64,000 nucleotides of DNA from a phage. This document shows positions 45,824 through 54,520 of this stretch, one piece after another; position 1 is the first letter of the stretch, and each line of letters opens with the position of its first letter. Below the pieces are notes generated by a model. The model made no database searches, was not told the DNA's origin, and saw only the letters and a program-made list of their open reading frames with translations. The translations under genes and the position numbers were made by a program. The stretch is taken from the NCBI GenBank assembly GCA_020773975.1, contig GCA_020773975.1_3638.1. One strand, written 5' to 3'.

Positions 45824-46135
45824 ATGAATACTTATTTTTCTACTCGTTCACTTGCACGCATTGCAGCGAAAGAAACAGGCGGTAAAGTTTTAGATAATGG
45901 CAAAGATGCGCCGATCGGTAAACGTTGGCAAGTTATCCCTGGCTATGTTATTGAAGCCGTCCAGGATACAGCAAAACAACGCGCTGAGATGGAAAATAAA
46001 CCAGTAGTCACCTTGTCCATTGGTAAGCGTAGCAATGTAGCGAATCAAGCCCGTAAGGCGCTTTATTACGCCATCAATTACGCAAGAAATAATAAAACTG
46101 TTCCGCTTTATCATAAGCGTTCATTTAAGAAATAA
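45824..46135 (+). CDS. early-region hypothetical protein
   Basis: RBS AAAGAGGTTAAT before ATG 45824. Confidence 0.45.
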   Translation: MNTYFSTRSLARIAAKETGGKVLDNGKDAPIGKRWQVIPGYVIEAVQDTAKQRAEMENKPVVTLSIGKRSNVANQARKALYYAINYARNNKTVPLYHKRSFKK

Positions 46136-46204
46136 TTTTTAATTAGATAAAAAGCGCCCTAAGAAATGGGCGCTAAACAAAAACACTTAAAGAGGTAAAT
46201 TATT

Positions 46205-46555
46205 ATGGCTAGCATTGTAGAAATTTTCAAAAAAGCTGTTGAAAATAAAAACGCTGAGTTGTCTTTAACGTCTTTGAATTTTACTGATGCTTACGGTAAT
46301 ACTTATTTTGTTTATGAGCTTGGTTTTACTTGTCCTGAGTTAAAAACATGGGAAACGTTGCATAAATCTCGCGATCTGCAATATGGATATGGTGATCACG
46401 TTTTAACTGTTGCAATGAAAGACCTTTCAACTATTACCGGGGTAAAATCTGAGGCCGCATATATTACCCGTTGGGCGCATGACAACGGCTTAAAAATTAG
46501 TGTCAACAAGCGCACCAATTGCCGGAAAAAAGATTTAAAACAGTTTATCGCTTGA
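46205..46555 (+). CDS. early-region hypothetical protein
   Basis: RBS AAGAGGTAAAT. Confidence 0.5.
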   Translation: MASIVEIFKKAVENKNAELSLTSLNFTDAYGNTYFVYELGFTCPELKTWETLHKSRDLQYGYGDHVLTVAMKDLSTITGVKSEAAYITRWAHDNGLKISVNKRTNCRKKDLKQFIA

Positions 46556-46580
46556 TCCTGTTAATCATCTTGGTGGTTGT

Positions 46581-46931
46581 ATGATCCAGTTTTATATAAT
46601 CATCGCGGCGCTTGCAATTTACTTAGGATTGCACCAAAAAGTATTCAGGGTAATTCTTTGGTTTTATTACGAGTACAGGATCAGAATGGGTTATCACTAT
46701 ATCGAATACTCTTTCCACGGCGAGAGATACCACACAAGGAGATCCGGCCCATTAAATGATCTTGAGGGAAACGGTTTAATCTGTGAGGTCAAAAAGCGGG
46801 GCGGGAAAATTCTTTACCACAAAGAGGGCACTTTTGATTATATTGATGAGGTGATTAATTTTAGGCAACAAGCCGTAAAAGATCACGCCAGCAAAATAAT
46901 CAACGGCAGCTATAAACGCAAAGCGGGGTAA
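46581..46931 (+). CDS. hypothetical protein with N-terminal TM segment
   Basis: ORF. Confidence 0.4.
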   Translation: MIQFYIIIAALAIYLGLHQKVFRVILWFYYEYRIRMGYHYIEYSFHGERYHTRRSGPLNDLEGNGLICEVKKRGGKILYHKEGTFDYIDEVINFRQQAVKDHASKIINGSYKRKAG

Positions 46932-47122
46932 TATGCGGAATTTTGAAAAAATTGTTAAAGCTAATCGCCTGGAATACGGGGAAACAGACGAAAAACGGGA
47001 ACGGGTAGGCAAACGCCATAAACCTAAAAAGGTTCCTAAATTGTGGTGTCCTGATAAATACGATCACAAATTAAAACAGCGTATCGCTGAGAAACAGCGA
47101 TTAAACGCAAGATAACAGACAA

Positions 47123-47146
47123 GGCCGGAACTATCCGGCCTTTTTA
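47123..47146 (+). terminator. rho-independent terminator
   Basis: GGCCGGA-acta-TCCGGCC followed by TTTTT. Confidence 0.65.
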
Positions 47147-47510
47147 ATGCCTGGTGGCGTTCAGAACGATTAAAACTATTAAAGATGGTCCGATGTACCA
47201 CAAAATAAAATAGCTCGTTAGAGAGTGTTTTAGAGGCCTTAAAATCGATCCTAAAAATATCTATAAAAATGCTTGCAATGCTTTCCCGCTATCGTTATAG
47301 TGTTCCCAACAAGCAAGCAAACGAGGTTAACGGCAATGATTGAGATTCTTAAAAATCCTATTTTGTGTGGTATGGTTGTTTCTGTGTCACTTCCGATCGT
47401 GCTGTTAGTCGTTAGCGAAATAGATGATTTTATCTTTAATAAAAGACTTGCCAACAAGTCAAAAACAAATTAATATAGTATCAGCATACTAACTAGCGAG
47501 GTGATTTAAT

Positions 47511-47729
47511 ATGTTTGGTTTTATTGTTCTATCTTGTTCTCTTCCTGTCACTGCTGCAAAGGTAGAATGTAACTACACTGTAAAAGAGACTTTTAATGAT
47601 GAAAAGTCTTGCAATGTATACGAAAATAATTATAAACTAGGAGACGGGGAGCAGTTCGGGATCTGTGATGAATTAAAGGACGGTATGAAGAAAGGCGATA
47701 AGCGCCCGATCCTGGTCCTGAAAAAATAA
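47511..47729 (+). CDS. small secreted or membrane-anchored Cys-containing protein
   Basis: Signal-peptide-like N-terminus; RBS GCGAGGTGA. Confidence 0.45.
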   Translation: MFGFIVLSCSLPVTAAKVECNYTVKETFNDEKSCNVYENNYKLGDGEQFGICDELKDGMKKGDKRPILVLKK

Positions 47730-47770
47730 TTTTTCTAATCATGTTGATCAATTCTTAAGAGGTGAATAAA

Positions 47771-48058
47771 ATGTTTGAAGTTTTCGCGGGTATGTGTTTT
47801 TATACAGCTTTGGCAGTTCGCCAATGTGATGATTATATCGTTGAATCATACGATGATCAGTTGACTTGCGAAATAGTCGCTAATGACTACGGCAAAAAAG
47901 ATCGCTGGATTAATCCGGCTTGCATACCATCCCCAGAGGTAGAAGCCATGCCGGAAGGGGAAGAGGTATCAAATCCAGTTGTAGCAGTATCCTCCTTTTT
48001 CGTTGACAACCTGGACGCCCAAGAATTGATCAACATGTATGTAAAAAATCAAAAATAA
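47771..48058 (+). CDS. early-region hypothetical protein
   Basis: RBS AAGAGGTGAATAAA before ATG 47771. Confidence 0.45.
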   Translation: MFEVFAGMCFYTALAVRQCDDYIVESYDDQLTCEIVANDYGKKDRWINPACIPSPEVEAMPEGEEVSNPVVAVSSFFVDNLDAQELINMYVKNQK

Positions 48059-48061
48059 CGC

Positions 48062-48097
48062 TTGACGTTGATTTGTGCCACCTTATAATAGGTGGCA
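48062..48097 (+). promoter_or_regulatory. promoter with consensus -10 inside a palindrome
   Basis: TTGACG - 16 nt - TATAAT; TGCCACC (48076-48082) and GGTGGCA (48091-48097) flank the -10. Confidence 0.55.
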
Positions 48098-48148
48098 TAG
48101 GTAAGCGAAAGCGGATCTAAGTCTTAAACAAGGTAAGAGAGGTAAATC

Positions 48149-48469
48149 ATGGAACAAGCTAATAAATTTTTCTTCCTGGCTGGGATCGTGGATAATGTGA
48201 AATGTGATTTCAAGCGTGAAAATGATAAGACGTTACTCACTTTCTGCGATATGCTTGATCATGAGAATGCCGACAAGTTACGAATCGAGATCCGCACGAT
48301 AACCAATATCGACAATTCAAGCCGTTTAATTTATAAATCTCATTCGATAGCTTACAGCTTGGAAACATCAACAAGCTGCATACAACAAGGTGAGAGCTTG
48401 CCCATTCTAAATAGTGCCGATGTATTTGGCGCGGTTGTTGCAATTGTAAATGATGTTTTTTCTCGTTGA
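48149..48469 (+). CDS. early-region hypothetical protein
   Basis: RBS AGAGAGGTAAAT. Confidence 0.5.
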   Translation: MEQANKFFFLAGIVDNVKCDFKRENDKTLLTFCDMLDHENADKLRIEIRTITNIDNSSRLIYKSHSIAYSLETSTSCIQQGESLPILNSADVFGAVVAIVNDVFSR

Positions 48470-48586
48470 TTGGTGTTAATATTATGTTAGAGAATATCGT
48501 GTTTTGGTGTGGTGTCGTTATCGCTGTTATGGTTGGCATCCTGGCGACGATGGCGAACATTGTGATCTCAAACAACCTGGCAGGGT

Positions 48587-48635
48587 AAAAATTTTTTAAA
48601 AATAGTATTGACATACTGGCGGCATATGGTATCAT
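48587..48635 (+). promoter_or_regulatory. sigma70-like promoter with A/T UP element (cassette copy 2)
   Basis: Same 27 nt AAAAATTTTTTAAAAATAGTATTGACA as at 44143; TG-extended -10 TATCAT after 16 nt. Confidence 0.5.
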
Positions 48636-48686
48636 TTACCACATGAAGGGGCGAGATTGACTTGCCTCACTAACGAAAGGTAAATA

Positions 48687-48956
48687 ATGATGAACATTTC
48701 TAAAACTACTTTTAACTTTGCTAAAAAGCGTGGAATTTAGCTTGAGCTAGTCGAAGCAGATGATCGCTTGCTCCTGGCTTTTTATGAAGCTAAAAACGAA
48801 TGTGAGTGGATGTTCTCTTATAATGTTAATCATGATTGCCTAACCTGGCGCGGAAATATCTATCTTTCAAACGAAGTGAAAGAGGAATTACCCGCCACGA
48901 TCACGACTGAGAAAAAACTACGTGAGGTTATTGACTTCATCTCTAAAAGTATCTAA
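48687..48956 (+). CDS. reading frame interrupted by an in-frame TAG at 48738-48740
   Basis: RBS AAAGGTAAAT then ATGATG; 17 codons, TAG, then 72 in-frame codons with no ATG until 48810. Confidence 0.3.
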
Positions 48957-49002
48957 GATTACAGGGAAAGGGGCAAAAGCCCCCTACCGCAGAAGGTATA
49001 AA

Positions 49003-49227
49003 ATGGATAAATTAACAAAGATTGAACATGAAGTTATGGATCTTGCAAGGGCTAATAGGCCATTTGACAAGATTTTCTCTAAGGAGAATAAAGAGATCTT
49101 GAAAGATCTAACGCAAGGTCAAAAAGACGGCTTGCGCCGCTTATATCGTGAGGCGTATGACTATTTTCGCTGGTGGGAAATAGAAGAGGCTAACGCGAAA
49201 ATAGAAGGCCTAGAAAATTTAGTATAA
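49003..49227 (+). CDS. early-region hypothetical protein
   Basis: RBS GAAGGTATAAA before ATG 49003. Confidence 0.45.
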   Translation: MDKLTKIEHEVMDLARANRPFDKIFSKENKEILKDLTQGQKDGLRRLYREAYDYFRWWEIEEANAKIEGLENLV

Positions 49228-49233
49228 AAGTAG

Positions 49234-49270
49234 TTGACTTTTACTTATGCCGTGATAGAATGCACGGCAT
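49234..49270 (+). promoter_or_regulatory. promoter with -10 inside a palindrome (second copy of the 45001 type)
   Basis: TTGACT - 16 nt - TAGAAT; ATGCCGTG (49247-49254) and CACGGCAT (49263-49270). Confidence 0.55.
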
Positions 49271-49322
49271 AGATAAGAGAGACGGCACAAGCCATTGATT
49301 AAACTTAAAGAGGTAAATTATC

Positions 49323-49724
49323 ATGAATACTTACAAAACTGTTTTTAATTTCGACAACTTCAAAGCTATCTGTGACGATCAGATCGGTAAGTGCCGTAAA
49401 GAAAAAGGATTCTATAAATCTTATAAATTGATTGCGGTTGTTGATGAAGAGATCACCGAAGTGGCAACGCTCAACCTGTACCACACCAACGCTACTAATT
49501 ACGCTTGCCTGTGGATGCACTGGACCAATATTAAAGGTTGGGATCATGGCTATGTTGGCGGGAAAGCAAGCGGATACGGTTACGACAGGGAGGAGGCCGC
49601 GATCCATGTCGTAGCTAATAAGCTCGGTATTACTGGCAACTGGTTTAAAGGTGAGCAATTGCTAGATGCGATGGCACGCCATTTTGATATGAAAGGCGCA
49701 AAGGTTATAACTTGCAACGCGTGA
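49323..49724 (+). CDS. early-region hypothetical protein
   Basis: RBS AAGAGGTAAAT. Confidence 0.5.
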   Translation: MNTYKTVFNFDNFKAICDDQIGKCRKEKGFYKSYKLIAVVDEEITEVATLNLYHTNATNYACLWMHWTNIKGWDHGYVGGKASGYGYDREEAAIHVVANKLGITGNWFKGEQLLDAMARHFDMKGAKVITCNA

Positions 49725-49771
49725 TCATTCAATAGCGGGGAATATTCCCCGCTTATAGATAGGGCATAATC

Positions 49772-50023
49772 ATGATTTACGATCTTAAATATTACGACGA
49801 ATTGAGCATTACAGCACAATTAACCGCCCGTGTCAATATTATAGCAGACCTTGAGAATCACCACAGAAAGCGCATAGTCCAGACTATCGCAAGTTTTAAA
49901 AATAATCCTCATAAAGTGATTAATGACACGAAGCACATTCAACGCCTCAGAAACGGCGCAAAGGCGCTTTATAGTGTACAAGTTTTAACGAGATCGCCCC
50001 GCGTTTTGACTGGTCGAGCTTAA
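49772..50023 (+). CDS. early-region hypothetical protein
   Basis: ORF after hairpin AGCGGGGA-atat-TCCCCGCT. Confidence 0.4.
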   Translation: MIYDLKYYDELSITAQLTARVNIIADLENHHRKRIVQTIASFKNNPHKVINDTKHIQRLRNGAKALYSVQVLTRSPRVLTGRA

Positions 50024-50098
50024 AAACAATAGTTTAAAATTAATTTAGTTATTGATAAAATCTTATATAAAACTTTAATCTAAAAGGGGTGAATTAAT

Positions 50099-50299
50099 AT
50101 GAAACGTTTTACCTATGGTGTTGTTGGTGGTTATGTTTCAAACCGGTTTTACAATACCGAGCGTGGTGCTAAAAATGCGGCTACCCGTGGATATGGCAAT
50201 AGTGCAAATTTACAAGTTGGCTACATTAGCAAAATTAGCGGTATGTTTATTCCGGTTGCTCAACGCGGCATGTATTGCATAAACTGGATGCCAATGTAA
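50099..50299 (+). CDS. early-region hypothetical protein
   Basis: Leader identical to that of the gene at 44249. Confidence 0.45.
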   Translation: MKRFTYGVVGGYVSNRFYNTERGAKNAATRGYGNSANLQVGYISKISGMFIPVAQRGMYCINWMPM

Positions 50300-50314
50300 A
50301 AAGGAGTAATAAAA

Positions 50315-50506
50315 ATGGATGTATCACAAGTTAGAAAGGTATTAGCAGCGTTACGCTATCACAATTATAGCAAGGTGAAGAATGATCCTGATTATGTTGA
50401 TTCCAGCTTGGAGGAAGACACCTTGCAAGCTATAAGCCATATGCAGGAATTGCTTAAGCGTATGACAGAGAAGAACAGATCTGATTATATAGGTGAAGAG
50501 ATTTAA
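50315..50506 (+). CDS. early-region hypothetical protein
   Basis: RBS AAAGGAGTAAT. Confidence 0.45.
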   Translation: MDVSQVRKVLAALRYHNYSKVKNDPDYVDSSLEEDTLQAISHMQELLKRMTEKNRSDYIGEEI

Positions 50507-50540
50507 TCTCTTACAACCGCACAAAGTAAAATTGTACAAG

Positions 50541-50567
50541 GGGCGCATTAAGCGCCCTTTATTTTTG
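50541..50567 (+). terminator. rho-independent terminator closing the early block
   Basis: GGGCGC-attaa-GCGCCC followed by TTTATTTTTG. Confidence 0.65.
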
Positions 50568-50951
50568 CCCTAACAAGCATGATAAGTTTTATCTATCAAA
50601 ACACCACACAGAAAAAAGTGAATAAAACGCGGTATCGAGCTAAACGAGGGTAGGCAGTACAACGGCAAGGGTAAACAATTAAGGCCGTTATAACGCGATT
50701 TAGGCCGCTTAAAATCGATCCCCATCACGAACAACCCCCATAATCTGACCAAAACGACACAACATGACTTAAATGATAACCATTCTCAACAACATAAGAA
50801 TTTTTATGCAATTTTAGTGAATATCTATTTAAATGATAATGACTCTCAACAACAAAATAACACGACCGAAGCGATTTAATCGCCTATCACAAAACAAATC
50901 AATTGTAAAGAACAATTTAAAAGCTGCGTAAGTGGCGCGACCGTAGGGAGC

Positions 50952-51177
50952 GACACAATAACGCAGTAGTAACCCCTCCCCCTCACTCCTTACAGTCGCC
51001 CGGTATCGGGATAGCGTTATTATGTCGCTACGCGCCAACGCGTTAACAATTTTGCAAAGAAGCCTGCTTTGCAGGTTAAGCGCATTGCGCTTAATCGCGT
51101 AGCGACTATGTGAAATTATAACAGTTAAATTATTAATAAAATCTTGCAAAATTGTTAACCTACTGCGTTATTGTGTC
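50952..51177. repeat. nested inverted-repeat locus (three different perfect IR pairs)
   Basis: 18-bp pair 50952-50969 / 51160-51177; 11-bp pair 51024-51034 / 51096-51106; 16-bp pair 51042-51057 / 51144-51159; central hairpins. Confidence 0.7.
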
Positions 51178-52047
51178 CTGTATATAATTCGTTAAATTAA
51201 CCAAATTAATCCCCGATTATTACGCAGTAAATCACCTGCTTTTAACCCTGTTAATGTGCCACGTAGTGATCTGCTATCTTGCCCAGGGATAACCGCATGG
51301 CATGCGGTTAAATGCTGTTAAGTGCTTGAAATGCCAGATCAATTTGGTCACTGCGTGATTATGATTGCGACAATAATTTGCTATTTATTTGTTATAATTT
51401 GTTATAATTTGTTAAACACTCTTTTATCTTTTCTCTTACATTTTCGTTATATTTGATTTGTTATCGTTTTCCCTCATTTCGCTTCGTTATTGAAAACAAG
51501 AATTATTATCATTGATACGCCTTAACAGGCTGGCGGGTCTGTTAGTGGTCTGGCTCTCTGTGTGGTCATGTTGTTATTGGTTGTGATAGCTTGGTTTTAT
51601 TGTCTGGCCTGTTATTGTTAGCTTGCTTATTGTTGTGTGGTGTATGTATTAGTTAGCTAGTACATTAGCTGGTGCGCATAACGTGTATTATGTTAAATCA
51701 GGTGGCCCACAAGTAAGGTGGCTTGTCAATAACAATAAGTGCTATGTGCGGTAGTCTGGCCCATCAGTGTGCCCCTTTGTTGTGTGGTGCTCTCAGTGTG
51801 TGACCTGTCTGCTGTGTGCGCTGCGCCAAATCTCGAGCGGTTCTCGATCACAATAGCTGTAGGATATTTTCAAAACATCCGAATTTCCATCGACACCCCC
51901 AGCTCATCTGCCTGTCACCTCTGAGATAAAGCTGTAGATATTTTCACTCCTCACATCATGCACAAGTTAATACATGCAAGTCTTTACAGACAGGGGTGGG
52001 TGGTGTAAAATACCTGTGCCAACAGTACAAAACACAGAGGAGGTTTA

Positions 52048-53508
52048 GTGGCAAAACAGTTCTTTGACAAACATTACATGGAAACGCATTTTGTAGAGAA
52101 ACCTCTGCATCGCCTGAACTTTACAGATTTAGAAGGAATGAGGTTTGGCAAGATAACGGTGCACAAACTTAACAGAAGAGAGGATAAGTCTTTTGTGTGG
52201 TGGTGTACGTGTGATTGTAACCCATCCAGATATTTTATGGTTGTGCCTTACTCACTTAAAACAGGGGTGACAACATCTTGTGGTTGCAATTATAAAACTA
52301 ATGGAGGGAATATACATGAAACACTCCAAGAGTTTCAAAAGAAAGTTGGTGGTGATTGGGAGATTATCTCATACCAAGGTAGAAAGCACGATTGTGTTGC
52401 CAAATGTACTATGTGTGGGAGTATTGTCACCAAACAAGGTGGCTCATTTATCTGCGGTGTGACGTGCCATTGCACTGATAAAAGAATAAAGAGGCGTGAT
52501 GATATTTTGCATCTTGCGGGGTACAGTCTGATCAAAGAAGAGAAAGTTCAACAGCAGAATGGTGAATATATAATGCACTTGCGCTGTAAATCTTGTGGTG
52601 TTAAGAAACTGACGCGAAACACGGAGTTAAGGGATTTAAAGCCATGCCTGTGTAGAGGCGACCACACCAACAATGGGAAACCTTGCGCCATTTACCTGCT
52701 TTCACATAAAGATGGTAAGTATTGTAAGATTGGTAGGTCTTATAGCCCCTCCTCAAGATTACGTATGATTAATGGTTCTGGTGGCGACTTTATATTGGAG
52801 CATGTTTGGTGGACACCTAACTATCACTACGCATCTGTGCTGGAGACAACACTCCACAGGGAATTTTCTGAGCATCGCTTTGACGCTGGTGGTTTCGATG
52901 GGAGCACAGAGTGTTTCTACATAAAGCCTGACAAATTGGCAAAAGGAATATCTGAGATAGTCGCCAAGTTGGTTGGGGATTACAAACCTGAAGATGGGGT
53001 GTTGACAAAAGATGTGAAGATAAGGAATAACTACAAGAACAGCGGTATGATTGTGAAGTCTAGGAGTTATCACTTCAAAGAGTCAGATGTGTGTTTGTGG
53101 ATACCTTATAAAGGGTATCTCAGAAAGAAGAGATCCCCATTCTCCTCTTGGGAGATGGCAGAAGAGTGTCACTATTTAGCTGCAAATGTGCAGCCTTCCA
53201 AAAACTTAGATAGGTTTAAAATTTATGATGTGGATGGGGTTACTGACTCCATAGCAGGTTGGTCAAGGAGAACTGGAATCCCTGCTCAGACACTTACGTG
53301 GAGAATGCAACGCACAGGCATGACAATGAAAGAGGCGATTAATTATTGCAGACCAGACACTGTTATTTGGTGTGGCGGGAAAATGGTTAAGAAGAGAGAT
53401 CTTAAAAGCATTATCGGTGTTTCTTGGGAGTCGGTTTATACAGCATCCAGAAAAAGCAAGAAGTCCCCAGAACATATTATAGAAGAAATACTGAAAAGGG
53501 CCACTTAA
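52048..53508 (+). CDS. free-standing GIY-YIG/T5orf172-like homing endonuclease-like protein
   Basis: GTG start with RBS AGAGGAGG; Cys-rich N-terminal repeats; AIYLLSHKDGKYCKIGRS; C-terminal HTH-like IAGWSRRTGIPAQTLTWRMQ. Confidence 0.5.
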   Translation: MAKQFFDKHYMETHFVEKPLHRLNFTDLEGMRFGKITVHKLNRREDKSFVWWCTCDCNPSRYFMVVPYSLKTGVTTSCGCNYKTNGGNIHETLQEFQKKVGGDWEIISYQGRKHDCVAKCTMCGSIVTKQGGSFICGVTCHCTDKRIKRRDDILHLAGYSLIKEEKVQQQNGEYIMHLRCKSCGVKKLTRNTELRDLKPCLCRGDHTNNGKPCAIYLLSHKDGKYCKIGRSYSPSSRLRMINGSGGDFILEHVWWTPNYHYASVLETTLHREFSEHRFDAGGFDGSTECFYIKPDKLAKGISEIVAKLVGDYKPEDGVLTKDVKIRNNYKNSGMIVKSRSYHFKESDVCLWIPYKGYLRKKRSPFSSWEMAEECHYLAANVQPSKNLDRFKIYDVDGVTDSIAGWSRRTGIPAQTLTWRMQRTGMTMKEAINYCRPDTVIWCGGKMVKKRDLKSIIGVSWESVYTASRKSKKSPEHIIEEILKRAT

Positions 53509-53541
53509 GGCCCGTTGTGTTGTTGGTATGGGACACCCGAC

Positions 53542-53793
53542 TTACCATTGACCAGGTAAACCAATATCAAGGCCAAATTCGTGACACTCATCCCAGTCAA
53601 GACTTTGATTCCAGTTTGTAACTGTCCTCTCTGTGTGGTGGGTGTATGATGCTCTCCGTGACTGCTTTGGCATCTTTTTTGTCTGAGATTTCCCGAAAAG
53701 AGGTGTGTTGTCATTGAGTCTTCCGGCAGCCTTTTCACCCTTTTTGACTTGTCTCCCACGGGCATTCCACTGCTCCAGTGTCCTGTAACACAT
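53542..53793 (-). CDS. small basic protein
   Basis: RBS AGGAGAAT before ATG; Lys/Arg-rich. Confidence 0.35.
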   Translation of the reverse strand: MCYRTLEQWNARGRQVKKGEKAAGRLNDNTPLFGKSQTKKMPKQSRRASYTHHTERTVTNWNQSLDWDECHEFGLDIGLPGQW

Positions 53794-54193
53794 AAAATCA
53801 TTCTCCTGTAATATCTGGTGTGGGGATAATGACAGATTGTACCAGAGGTGTCAAGTCTGTTGACCAGAGTGTGTGGGAGGGGTGTCGCTATAAAAAATTT
53901 TTGGAGAGCTTTCTATGGTTTATTCTGTAGCTTCAGACAGGCCATAAACCCAGATGTGACGGGGCTTTCAGCTATGTTGTGTGTTGATCGCAAATAAGGA
54001 TAAAATAATCAATATAAATGCAGATAAATGTTGTTTTATTGTGTTTGTGTAACTGGGGTGTCATGTCTTGATAGGTTATGACCTGTACATATTTTGTACA
54101 GAAGTGTGGTGTGCAGAGTGGAGGTGGCAATTCCCCAGACGGGGGTGGGGGTAGGTCATGGTGGAGAGCAGGGGCATGGTTAGCCCCATATGA

Positions 54194-54517
54194 TCAGGGT
54201 TGTGCGTCTGTTTGTTTGAACTGGTCTTTTGAACGTATTACATAACCACAACCATATTTTCTCAGCCAGACCAGTTCCCATGGACTATCACTCAGGTTAT
54301 TCCTGTTTATCTCTTTTAGCTGGGCAACCGCATCGTCCCATGATGTGACTTCGAGATAACCGATAAGACTGTCCTCTCCAAAATCTCCATAATCAAATGT
54401 ACATTTGACCTTGGCGATGAACTCTGTCTGTGGGTTTGTTGGTTTTACAAAAACCCAGTGGAAGATTTGTTCTGTGCAGTGCTCATTCACCCATCTGATT
54501 TGTGTGGTCATAATCAC
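54194..54517 (-). CDS. hypothetical protein
   Basis: ORF. Confidence 0.4.
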   Translation of the reverse strand: MIMTTQIRWVNEHCTEQIFHWVFVKPTNPQTEFIAKVKCTFDYGDFGEDSLIGYLEVTSWDDAVAQLKEINRNNLSDSPWELVWLRKYGCGYVIRSKDQFKQTDAQP

Positions 54518-54520
54518 CTC

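Noticed and set aside
46153-46176. Hairpin AGCGCCC-taagaaat-GGGCGCT as a plus-strand terminator
   Set aside because: It is followed by A-rich rather than T-rich sequence on the plus strand; it would only be a terminator for the minus strand, which is not transcribed here. It may be a processing or stability element.
51739-51924. 61-aa ORF inside the GT-rich non-coding locus
   Set aside because: Low-complexity Cys/Val-rich translation of GT-repeat DNA with no RBS.
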